A stretch of 64,000 bases of DNA, taken from the IMG/VR virus record IMGVR_UViG_3300022555_003222, positions 1 to 64,000 of that record. One strand, 5' to 3'. Made by a program: the position numbers and the translations under genes. This document shows, in pieces, positions 39,711-49,220 of this stretch (position 1 is the first letter of the stretch; the number at the start of each line of letters is the position of its first letter). The DNA is from a virus. The notes under the pieces were generated by a model. It was not told the DNA's origin. It searched no databases and saw only the letters and a list, made by a program, of their open reading frames with translations.

Positions 39711-40392
39711 GTTCCTCCAGTGATTCGTTATATAGTTGCATTTTTTCTGGTATCTGATGCTTTACAGCTAACATCAATTGTTGTTTTTGAGCTTCCAACA
39801 TATCTAGTATTTCTTTTTTGATTGGCACATCATCTTTTATAGACAAAATCGTCTTAACCAACTCTAGTTCAAGCGGTTGATTCAAAAGTGTCCTAAGATA
39901 CACTTCTTGGGTAAGCTTCTCATTCCAATAGGCGGTTTGCGAAGGCAGGTCGTCATAAGGCTTTAACTCTTCTTCTGCTGATATTGCATTAAAAGCTTGC
40001 GCAAAAAAACTTGCTTCTTCCCTGGCATCTTTCAATTTATTGTTGATTTCAACGACTGATTGTTCAATAGACTGCTTTTGCCGTTCTTTTTTTCTCAAAT
40101 GAAGGGCTCGTTCTCTAGTATTTAGCTCATTACTATCCAATTCTATTGATTGGATTCGTTCCATTTCAATGTTCATCAACTCTATGTCGTCTGCTAAATC
40201 TTCTAGTTTAGATTGCATAGCCATAATTGATTGTTGGCGAGCCCGAAGCTCTCGAATACAACACCACATTTTACTTTGACGAGTATACTCTTTACCTACT
40301 ACAAAATATTTAAGTTGAAAATAGCTGTGTCTATTAACAATCTCCCTATCCAAAATGTGTGCTATTTGGGTATCCAAGGTTTCACTTGACAT
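39700..40392 (-). CDS. Coiled-coil hypothetical protein
   Basis: 230-aa ORF heading the fibre operon. Confidence 0.7.
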   Translation of the reverse strand: MSSETLDTQIAHILDREIVNRHSYFQLKYFVVGKEYTRQSKMWCCIRELRARQQSIMAMQSKLEDLADDIELMNIEMERIQSIELDSNELNTRERALHLRKKERQKQSIEQSVVEINNKLKDAREEASFFAQAFNAISAEEELKPYDDLPSQTAYWNEKLTQEVYLRTLLNQPLELELVKTILSIKDDVPIKKEILDMLEAQKQQLMLAVKHQIPEKMQLYNESLEEHGR

Positions 40393-40447
40393 CGTGCGTC
40401 CTTTTTGTTAAAGTCTATATGATTATTAAAGTACGAGGTGTATAAAT

Positions 40448-40960
40448 ATGAGCTATTTGAATGGAAAACATTGTTATTTGGGGGGACCGATTGAGAACGA
40501 TTCCGGTCCCGATTGGCGTCCTGCTATCAAAGAAGTGCTGCTAAATCGATTTGGAATTGAGGTTTTTGATCCTGCTTGCGATCCCAAACAGCAATTTGTG
40601 CCTGAAATGTTGGCTGCAAGAAACGCTTGTGATTTCAAAACCATGCGAAAGCATGCAAAGCAATTTGTTCGTAAAGACCTATGCGTTGTTGATAGGTCCG
40701 ATTTCATTATTACACGACTTCCGAAGGGCGTTCCCACAACTGGCAGCATCCATGAAATTATTGACGCCAATGATCGTAAAAAGCCTGTTTTATTGGTGTG
40801 TCCAGAAGGCAAACAACATCTGCCGTTCTGGCTATATGGATTTGTACGGCTCAAATACATGTTTGGTTCATTTGATGAATTATATGCGTATTTGGATAAA
40901 GTACATCATGGCAAGTGTAAAAAAGATGATCGTTGGGCATTTGTATACGGACTAATCTAA
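40448..40960 (+). CDS. Nucleoside 2-deoxyribosyltransferase-like protein
   Basis: CYLGGPI, WR, VFDP, DL..VDRSD, TTGSIHEI, KKPV. Confidence 0.8.
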   Translation: MSYLNGKHCYLGGPIENDSGPDWRPAIKEVLLNRFGIEVFDPACDPKQQFVPEMLAARNACDFKTMRKHAKQFVRKDLCVVDRSDFIITRLPKGVPTTGSIHEIIDANDRKKPVLLVCPEGKQHLPFWLYGFVRLKYMFGSFDELYAYLDKVHHGKCKKDDRWAFVYGLI

Positions 40961-41514
40961 ATCATTTTTGCGCCCAGAATTCCTTTGAATTTACAGCCTT
41001 TTTTATTAGCATCTAATGCCCACAATAACTTTTCTATTTCTAATGGGTTATCTCCAAAATTGCCCACTAGCTTAAACGCTTTTTGATGAATAAAAATGCC
41101 ATTAAGAGGAGCCTCGTCAAAAGATATGTGGAGTTTAATTGGTTTGCCGTCTCGGTCATAATCTACGACGATGGGGTAGAGTATGTCTAAATCATTTTCA
41201 ATAAATCTAGAATATTTCCATTCCATTCCTCGTCGAACAATTGTGCCTTCTACGATAATCAAATTCCATTCTTTATGACCTTTAGCCATTCCTTTGTTGA
41301 TTAAGGAGGTAAATGTAGTGCCGCCTCTAAAGGTAGGGCATATTTCATTCATCTCCTTCAAATCTTCCGTTGTGGCATCTTTACCAGTGGCACAGACGCA
41401 GGGAATGTTCAAATAGCGATTCCTAATTGAATTCATTGTTGATTTCAATCTTCCGACATCATGATCTGGAGAAAGAATCACGAACCCGAAGTTCATGGGT
41501 TTAGTTTGATACAT
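40957..41514 (-). CDS. Degenerate GT-A (GT2-like) glycosyltransferase-fold protein
   Basis: FVIL...LKSTMNSI, SLINKGM...EWNLII, GIFIHQKAFKLVGNF; lacks a canonical DxD. Confidence 0.5.
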   Translation of the reverse strand: MYQTKPMNFGFVILSPDHDVGRLKSTMNSIRNRYLNIPCVCATGKDATTEDLKEMNEICPTFRGGTTFTSLINKGMAKGHKEWNLIIVEGTIVRRGMEWKYSRFIENDLDILYPIVVDYDRDGKPIKLHISFDEAPLNGIFIHQKAFKLVGNFGDNPLEIEKLLWALDANKKGCKFKGILGAKMI

Positions 41515-41525
41515 TTATTGTTCTC

Positions 41526-42356
41526 TTAACTTGCTGCAATATCGTAATCGATTCTAATTCTATCATTAGCCGAAAGCACTCTAGAAAATTGAAATTGGTT
41601 GGTGCTAGAACCGCTGGCATAACTAAATGCTGTGAGTTGCCAAGTGCCAATGCCATTATAAGGCGGGACATAAACATAAGTGCCTTTATCTGCTTCGCTA
41701 ATTTTGACACCATTCACGTAAACCTTTAGGGAGGTATCTAAGAAGGTGCCTCGTCCTGTGACATATGTTTGATAATCTGGACTAATAATACTATACGGAG
41801 TGGGATTTTCATCATAGATGTGAATATGTGCTAATTCCGGTGGGAAATTCATGTGAGCTTGCACTGTTTGATTACCTGTCGTGCCGCCCAACAACCACTG
41901 TACCGTAGAGGATGGTTCTATATTAATAGTTCCATTGTCACATATAATGCTTGTTGTAGAAATGGTGGAAATATAAGGACCAGTTGTAAAACGAAATTGT
42001 ATAAAATTGGCATCAGGTGCTATGGTGCTTAGCTTGGTACGCTCATCATATAACATACGAATATAAGAGATGCCGCCACCATCCACCCCATCATTATGCA
42101 AAGCAATGTTGTGTAATGCGGCATCTATTGATCCAGGCTGAAACGTCCCATCCTCTTGAAGAGAAATGTCTAAACGATTATCGAGTGTGTTCCAACTGCC
42201 TCTTGCGGCAGATAATTCTGATGTATTAGTATCTGTGGCATCATTGACAAGTTCTAGTTTGGAGAACAAGGATGCCAATGGTCGATTATCTACACTAACA
42301 TGATATGGATCTAATGCAGAATATTGAACGTCACTTAGGTTACCGATGTCTGGCAT
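41526..42356 (-). CDS. Baseplate or tail-fibre-associated structural protein
   Basis: DNRPL, ARGSWNTLDNRL, SLKVYVNG...IRIDY; located in the baseplate operon. Confidence 0.65.
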   Translation of the reverse strand: MPDIGNLSDVQYSALDPYHVSVDNRPLASLFSKLELVNDATDTNTSELSAARGSWNTLDNRLDISLQEDGTFQPGSIDAALHNIALHNDGVDGGGISYIRMLYDERTKLSTIAPDANFIQFRFTTGPYISTISTTSIICDNGTINIEPSSTVQWLLGGTTGNQTVQAHMNFPPELAHIHIYDENPTPYSIISPDYQTYVTGRGTFLDTSLKVYVNGVKISEADKGTYVYVPPYNGIGTWQLTAFSYASGSSTNQFQFSRVLSANDRIRIDYDIAAS

Positions 42357-43402
42357 ATTGCTCCTTTGATGGTTCTACTGACAGTGGATTGATTTATTTT
42401 AAGCGTTTTTGCTATTTCTTTTTGAGTGAGTCCAACTTGAGAAAGTTCAACAATGTGTCTTTTGACCTCCTCGCCCATTCTTGGTTTTGTGGGTTTGTAT
42501 TGAATGCCGGTTATATGAGACCAGTGGCTTCCACTTAATATTAAACTAATATTGGCTTTTGCCGTTCTAAATTTTTTAGACAATTTTTCATGTGACCAAC
42601 CTTGCTTATGCAGTTGTACTAATTGTTTAATTTTACTATTTGTAAATGTTGCTTGCGAATGCGTTTCACCAATCTGTGGTTTTTTATTATATGTTTCCAT
42701 GTCTATTTTGTGTTTGAAACAATTCCATTCCACATATGGCTTTATGATATTTATGAAGTCAAAATATGATTTCAGCGGCACATATATAATTTGGTGTCCA
42801 TCTTTAGCACGCACTTTCGATGTAATATTCAAATCTAATCTTAATCTCTCAGATAAAAATTCACATTCATCCCAAGTAAATCCCTGCGTATTCAACGTAA
42901 TATTTCCATCTATTGAATTGGCATATCCATCGTCCATATGCCATACACAAAGAGTGAGTGGCGTAAGTTTTATATCGTGTGGTATGATTTTAACTCTTCG
43001 TTTGTTGCGATATGTATAATGACCATTACAATCTGTGGCATACCATTTATATGACATATCGGTTAAAATTGGATTGCGGTGTGTCGTAAATACATATCCT
43101 ACATATTGAACAAATGCAGTTCGCACATTGCATGGTTGACGTAATTTGTTGTTTATTATTTTGTATTTTGATGATTTGCAATATATTGTCATGTTGCTGT
43201 AAGGCGTTAATTTGTTTATATGCCATTGCATATAATCTATTTTGTCTATTCCAAGTATGTCGAACTTACTTTGAGATTTTATCAAACTTCCATTGTGATT
43301 TGGCTTCCCGCTGTGCCCAATGGATGCATCTCCCAATAAAGAGCCATTGATGATTTCTATTTGTTCGCAAGTAAGAGGTGGCAATATTAGATATGGTTTC
43401 AT
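42335..43402 (-). mobile_element. Free-standing LAGLIDADG homing endonuclease with C-terminal HTH
   Basis: IINGSLLGDASI and LTPLTLCVWHMDDG, LNTQGFT; C-terminal GLTQKEIAKTLKINQSTVSR; CTATATA 5 nt before ATG 43402. Confidence 0.9.
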
Positions 43403-43446
43403 ATCATTATATAGTAACATATATGCAAATATTTTGCAACTTGCCA

Positions 43447-43923
43447 TTAGATGAAGCTTTGCCTCCAACTCCATGTAATTTGCATTAAGCTGGTTTTTGT
43501 TAGGGTTGGAAATGTTACCATGCTGTAAAGCTGCCCATTTGCCATTTGTAAACCCATTTCACTTAAATCATACCCGTTGGCATCTTCAAATCCCATAACA
43601 GCTACAAAAATTACTTGAGAAACTATACTGTTATCAATAACCGGACTTACGTATAATTGTGCTCTAGTATTTCCAAACAGACTAGTACGGGTGCTATCAA
43701 CAAATCGTTCGCTACCGGCATCCATGCCATTATCACCAAAGACCATAAATCGAATGTAATAATTATATCCATCTCCATATTGATTGGCCAAACTATAGGT
43801 CAATGCCATCTTGCCGCCGTCTAAAACAGTATTTCGAAAATAAGCTGTTTCTTTCGTGCCGTCTTTATATTCAATCGCTCGGATAATATTACCCTTTGTT
43901 TTAATGGGATCAATTATGTTCAT
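43447..43923 (-). CDS. Baseplate or tail-collar-type protein
   Basis: NTVLDGG, MVFGDNG, EDANG..LSEMGL, TKT...ITW pattern typical of fibre-attachment proteins. Confidence 0.65.
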   Translation of the reverse strand: MNIIDPIKTKGNIIRAIEYKDGTKETAYFRNTVLDGGKMALTYSLANQYGDGYNYYIRFMVFGDNGMDAGSERFVDSTRTSLFGNTRAQLYVSPVIDNSIVSQVIFVAVMGFEDANGYDLSEMGLQMANGQLYSMVTFPTLTKTSLMQITWSWRQSFI

Positions 43924-46900
43924 CGCTCTCCTTCCATTGTATGGAATATGTAATATTTTCTTTCTGAGCAACCAAATTTGTAATTTGGTTTCCAGATTGA
44001 TCGTTTGTCATATTTTGCGCCCATGCCCAAAATGCCATTGGCGTACTATTTACTGTAGTTAATTCAATAAGACTCTTGCCACGCCGGTCTAATTTATCAC
44101 TTTGCCAATTGAGATCGCCAATGGGAAATTCACCAAAGGTATGTACTGGGGTTGTTATCTTATCTGGTCTGTATACACTGAATAGTTTTCTATCATATTT
44201 ATGTATGGTGAAAGAAACTGGTGTAGCGGTAGTTTTCCACGTGGATTGTGCCGGGCCTATCAATGTGATTGTGGTGCCAATAATGCTATCAATATTATAG
44301 TATTGACTGCCGATTACTATTAAGAAGTTTTCTTTGAAATTGTTGATTAAATCCTCGTACACAGGCGATCCTCCACTGCCATTATCAATAACCAAATATG
44401 ATTCATAATCAACTGTTGTTGTTAAAGTAAGACCCTGATATACAAAAAATCCAATTTCATTATCTATTAATCTTCTATAGACAGTAATGGGATTACCTGA
44501 AGCATCGCCTCCAGAATATCCACTTACATAAAATTTAAGTAAAGAATCAGACACAAATCCAATAATTGGATATTGCGTTCCGCCATAAAGGGCATAATTT
44601 CCTTCACGCATTACACTTCTCAAATCCATACCGGTGATGTCATTTTCAACACATACTATTGTTCTTCCAGTTAATTTCCAATTGCCTGTAGAAGCAGCAT
44701 ATTCTGTTGTGCCACTAGCATTATGGATTACATAAGAAATAACGGGTGCGGCAATGGTCGGAGTAGAACCATCTAATATAATCGTGCCATCTGAAAGCAT
44801 GTGATCAACAATATAAAATGGTCCACTTCCATTTAATTGAACACTCCACGCACTCCCCGATCTAATGTGTGATGGATTGTGTAAAACATCCCATTGTGTT
44901 TTAATGTTAAGGGACAGCAAGGTGTCTAAATGTGTGCTATCTAATAATCCAAACTCTTTAGTGAAAGAAGCAGTTCTGCTCTCTCCTGGATATGGATATT
45001 GTAAATTAGAAAGTCTAAATGTAAAAGGATTAGTGGGTTGTTCTATCGTTGAACCTGTCACAATAGAAATTTGTGCGTAATGGCCATCAGGATCAAGTAG
45101 GTCATATTTATTACCCGAATTGTTTCCACTCAATATTTCTAGTAGATTATTACCGGTCGGTGGACTAGGATTCATCTGAATGTTTTGCAGATTGTGACTC
45201 GGGCAAAAGAATGCAATGTGATCATAATAACCGTTACCAGAATCAATAATGGGGAATGGGGCAGTTCCATCTTCAGTGGTCAAGTCAGTTCGTTCGGCTT
45301 GTGCTGCTAATATCATATCTCGATTAATAGACATTTGACCTTCGCCAGCTATTATCATGTCTTCTTGGCCTATTTGCATAATAGCTTCAATTTGTTCTTG
45401 CGGTGGCGGAATAAAATCGTTAACAGATCCACTTAGTATCATAGCGTGTAATTGGAAGTGAAATGGAGTAAATTCTTGTAGTATCTCCATAGCTTCTATA
45501 ATTCTATGATCGCCTAAGTTTTCAATTTCTAGGTCTACTATGTAACTGCTACTCTGACAATAAGTACATGGATCTACAAAATCACAATCTATATCACATG
45601 GATTAAGTGATTCACGGGTACTACCGTTATACTCTTCCATGTTATAAATATTTTCAGAATATGGGAACTCGGTCCTAATATTACCATAAATCAATGGGCT
45701 AAAATATGGATGTCTTGTTGGTATGATCACGTCAAACATTGGATCGTCTTCTTCAATAAGTCTGACATTCCAATTATTTTTGGGACAAGATTGATTTCTC
45801 TCATCTCTCTGATCTGCAAGATCTAAAGGTTTAGTTCGAATATATGTTTCTACGTTTTGTTGGCTGCCAACCGATCTTACTTGATACACCACTCGGAAAC
45901 TGTCTCCTTCTTGCAAAGTGATGCCAGCAGAGGCTCCACTTCCAATCCATCGCAATTCTGTTGTGCCATCTCCCAAATCAACAAATTGAATATAATCTAA
46001 AGGACTGTCCAATCGTACCCATTCGTGCCTTTCATTGGGTAACGTCCCTGCGGGATCTGCATACCGATAATACAATTCTAAATTATTTCCATCAATAGGA
46101 AAAATTGCTTGTTTTTCTAAAGTAAAGGTGTTAATTAATGGATCTACCACGTTAAACAGTTCTTGCCATGTATAAGGGGAGATTACCTGCCACATCCTAG
46201 TCAGCTTTAATAGATTAATCCCAGCTAAACTCATTGCTTCTCGTAAAGCTGAAATGGTTCCTTTCTTTTTGAAAAGAGGTATGGCTCTTTTGATTTGTCC
46301 TCGCCAAAGCGTTGGATCTTCACTTTTGAGTTTGAGATTAAACAAATTACTTAAATAGGGTAGAAGTGCTTCGTGCGTACTGTTGGCATCTTGTAAATCC
46401 ACCAATTGATTAGCCATATTTTCCAAAAAGGTAAATCCTTTGGCTATTGCAGCATTTAATTCGTGCAAGACTTGTGGAGCAAGATCAGAATCCGAAAGGC
46501 TCATCTTGAAAACTTCCGGTAAATATCTTTCTAATAAAATATCATATTTATCTGGAACGGTATAATGAGATGGGATGCTGGTGGTTAACTGCGTGTTGCC
46601 GTACAGTGTAAAGTGTATATGTGCTGTTCTGGTTTCACCATTTGCTACGGGGCTCCATGTCCAACAGATGAAGTAGTCGCCCTCTCGCATTCCCAACGGT
46701 TCCCAATGAAGCTCAAAATGTCCACATTGAGTATTACCATCAACATCTTCATCAATTAAAATTAATCTGTTTTCTCCCCTCACTTTCTTTTGCGTATCAG
46801 CATCATATATGCTTGTGGGATCAAGCCAAGCAGGAGTGTTATCTGTACCTATAATTGTTACTGGAACAACTCCTCGATAATAAATAGGCGTGGTGCGGGC

Positions 46901-47194
46901 ACTTTGCGCTAATTTATCTTGTGCGCTTATAAATGCCAAAAGATCTGCTTCAGATCCAGACATGCAATATGTTGTTCTGGCCGCTTCTACATTTGCTTTA
47001 GCTGTATCATCATATATTATCTCATTGTATTCTTCGGCATTACTGCTTTCCGTATTAATTTCAGCATGATAAATGATAACCTTGCTTACTTTATATGGAT
47101 TGCTACTAAAGCAATCTTGATAATCGGGCGTGACGATATCAAAAATTGCTTTATCGGTAATGGTTGGGTTTTCATTTATTCTTTTAAGAGCCAC
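43910..47194 (-). CDS. Baseplate wedge protein (gp7-like, P2 gpI-type domain)
   Basis: LLPYLSNLF...WRGQIKRAIPLFKKKGT; follows gp6. Confidence 0.8.
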   Translation of the reverse strand: MALKRINENPTITDKAIFDIVTPDYQDCFSSNPYKVSKVIIYHAEINTESSNAEEYNEIIYDDTAKANVEAARTTYCMSGSEADLLAFISAQDKLAQSARTTPIYYRGVVPVTIIGTDNTPAWLDPTSIYDADTQKKVRGENRLILIDEDVDGNTQCGHFELHWEPLGMREGDYFICWTWSPVANGETRTAHIHFTLYGNTQLTTSIPSHYTVPDKYDILLERYLPEVFKMSLSDSDLAPQVLHELNAAIAKGFTFLENMANQLVDLQDANSTHEALLPYLSNLFNLKLKSEDPTLWRGQIKRAIPLFKKKGTISALREAMSLAGINLLKLTRMWQVISPYTWQELFNVVDPLINTFTLEKQAIFPIDGNNLELYYRYADPAGTLPNERHEWVRLDSPLDYIQFVDLGDGTTELRWIGSGASAGITLQEGDSFRVVYQVRSVGSQQNVETYIRTKPLDLADQRDERNQSCPKNNWNVRLIEEDDPMFDVIIPTRHPYFSPLIYGNIRTEFPYSENIYNMEEYNGSTRESLNPCDIDCDFVDPCTYCQSSSYIVDLEIENLGDHRIIEAMEILQEFTPFHFQLHAMILSGSVNDFIPPPQEQIEAIMQIGQEDMIIAGEGQMSINRDMILAAQAERTDLTTEDGTAPFPIIDSGNGYYDHIAFFCPSHNLQNIQMNPSPPTGNNLLEILSGNNSGNKYDLLDPDGHYAQISIVTGSTIEQPTNPFTFRLSNLQYPYPGESRTASFTKEFGLLDSTHLDTLLSLNIKTQWDVLHNPSHIRSGSAWSVQLNGSGPFYIVDHMLSDGTIILDGSTPTIAAPVISYVIHNASGTTEYAASTGNWKLTGRTIVCVENDITGMDLRSVMREGNYALYGGTQYPIIGFVSDSLLKFYVSGYSGGDASGNPITVYRRLIDNEIGFFVYQGLTLTTTVDYESYLVIDNGSGGSPVYEDLINNFKENFLIVIGSQYYNIDSIIGTTITLIGPAQSTWKTTATPVSFTIHKYDRKLFSVYRPDKITTPVHTFGEFPIGDLNWQSDKLDRRGKSLIELTTVNSTPMAFWAWAQNMTNDQSGNQITNLVAQKENITYSIQWKESDEHN

Positions 47195-47207
47195 TTGAAC
47201 TCCTCAA

Positions 47208-48791
47208 TTACGTGTAAAACATGGTTATGACAATATTGTTTGGACGAATAATTTCATAGTATCTTGTATCCACATACGTTCCACCATTAGCTTCATCCGA
47301 TAAATTGGTAAAATTAATATTGTAACCATCTACTTGTTTCAAATCCGAAAGCGTTTTAATTAAATCTGTGTCTTTTAATGGTTTGTAATAATCCCAATTG
47401 TTTAGTGAGAAAAATTGTTTTGCCTTGGATTCTATGGATAATTTTATTTCTTCTTCAAATTTTCTATAAGACTTGTCTAATGAGGCTTCAATTGCCACAT
47501 CAACAGAAACTACTATTCCATCCCTAATACACACGAAGTCTGTCAGCATTTTTACATTATTGAGCGCAGTAGAAAATTCAGCTTTAAGTTCTGGACTTGC
47601 TGGTTCCAAATAAAGCGTGTTCCATAAGGCTAAAACATATATATCAATAACGTTTCCTGCACAACCATAATTTCTTAGTACGGCTGTGGATTTGCCAATC
47701 TGTCCATTGTAGGGTGTGACGAATTGGTCAGCAAATGTCTTGTAATCTGTACCGGATACTGCACGATTTTGAGTTCTTAAATACTTTGGAAGTTTGTTTT
47801 TGATATCTTCTAAGGTATCACCATTGTAACCATACTTCCCCTGAGTGTAATTGGTGAAAGAAACTGGAATGTTATACTCTATTCCAGGAGCTTCAGCTTG
47901 CCATTGTGCGACTGAGTAATTGGTCACGATATTACCAATTGTTCCACCGCCAATTCTATAAGTAACTTTTATGGCAGAACCACCAGATGGAATTAATCCT
48001 GCTCGATTATTCCCAAAAATGATATAAGCATACCAATTAGAATCAAATTCTATTCTATATTCCCGTCTAGGATTAGAGTCTGTAAAATAATCCACTTGTT
48101 TCCATAACACCCCATCTATTTCCACTTGTATAGAATCATAAATTACTGGGGATTGAGATAGTGGTAACGACATGGAAATGTTGCCTGTGGACACAAAAGA
48201 TTCATCAGTGGTTGTTCCTTCTAGCCCCACAACGTTTTTGCATTCTATGCTACCAGCGGGGATAACTATCGGCTGATTGAATATAGGATTGAAATTAGAA
48301 TCACATGCGAACAATTCTATGGTTAATGGAGCCCCATCTACAGCTACATCTACAGGCATTGGTGTGGGAATGCTTACATCAACAGCCAATCGATTATTGA
48401 TTGTTCCACTCCAAAGAGATTTAGCTGCAATGGGAGGCTGTGGATAAAATCCTACGAGTCTGGCTAGTCTAAAAACGTTTTCTAATTCAGCTACGGTATC
48501 AATGAAAATTTCATTGGCGATTTGGTCCATTTTGAAAGAAAGTGTATCAGCTAAAAATGCCCAATTCTCAATAAGCATAATAGCAATATCCGATTCCACA
48601 AAATCATTAAATGTATTTGGCAACATCGTACCCGTTGAACCAAATCTTTCTTGTATAAATTGAATCAAACGACTTTTCATTGACCAAAAATCTTGATTTG
48701 TATAATTCAAACTAACGATTTTAGGATTGGTAATATCCGTAGATTGTGCATATGGTGTTATGCTAACCGGACAATTTTCTTGATAATCCAT
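47208..48791 (-). CDS. gp6: Baseplate wedge subunit (T4 gp6-like)
   Basis: NYTNQDF, NDFVESDIAIMLIE, IIFGN...G.IP, YRIGGG..GN, TQNRAVS..DY. Confidence 0.9.
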   Translation of the reverse strand: MDYQENCPVSITPYAQSTDITNPKIVSLNYTNQDFWSMKSRLIQFIQERFGSTGTMLPNTFNDFVESDIAIMLIENWAFLADTLSFKMDQIANEIFIDTVAELENVFRLARLVGFYPQPPIAAKSLWSGTINNRLAVDVSIPTPMPVDVAVDGAPLTIELFACDSNFNPIFNQPIVIPAGSIECKNVVGLEGTTTDESFVSTGNISMSLPLSQSPVIYDSIQVEIDGVLWKQVDYFTDSNPRREYRIEFDSNWYAYIIFGNNRAGLIPSGGSAIKVTYRIGGGTIGNIVTNYSVAQWQAEAPGIEYNIPVSFTNYTQGKYGYNGDTLEDIKNKLPKYLRTQNRAVSGTDYKTFADQFVTPYNGQIGKSTAVLRNYGCAGNVIDIYVLALWNTLYLEPASPELKAEFSTALNNVKMLTDFVCIRDGIVVSVDVAIEASLDKSYRKFEEEIKLSIESKAKQFFSLNNWDYYKPLKDTDLIKTLSDLKQVDGYNINFTNLSDEANGGTYVDTRYYEIIRPNNIVITMFYT

Positions 48792-48792
48792 A

Positions 48793-49212
48793 TTATGAGC
48801 CTCCTAGTGGCACTTCTAATGTCAATTGTTGTATTTCATTAATTTGATCGGGATCAAAAAATGAAATTGATATTCCTAAAATATGTTCTATGTCTTCCAA
48901 GGGATCGTTTACATTAAGATCATCTATTGGTAATCCCATAGTAACGGTAATGTCGCTAATGGTAATTCTTGGTTCCCACATCCTAATAGAGGCCGCTATC
49001 ATATCTTTTGCTAAAGTTATTATTGTTTCGTCGTTAGGTTCAAACATGAGTTCTCTTAATGGCGTGCCATATTCTGGCAACATCACACGCTCACCAGGAT
49101 TGGTCAATAATAAAACCAGTAAATCTGCTTTTACTTGATCAATTCCATTCTGAGTGTGTAAAAATCCTCTTGGATGTTTAATTATTGGATATGGTGCCCC
49201 AAAAAATTTCAT
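48793..49212 (-). CDS. gp25: Baseplate gp25/GPW-like protein
   Basis: LLLTNPGERVMLPEYG, LMFEP, WEPRI. Confidence 0.93.
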   Translation of the reverse strand: MKFFGAPYPIIKHPRGFLHTQNGIDQVKADLLVLLLTNPGERVMLPEYGTPLRELMFEPNDETIITLAKDMIAASIRMWEPRITISDITVTMGLPIDDLNVNDPLEDIEHILGISISFFDPDQINEIQQLTLEVPLGGS

Positions 49213-49220
49213 TGGTTTCC

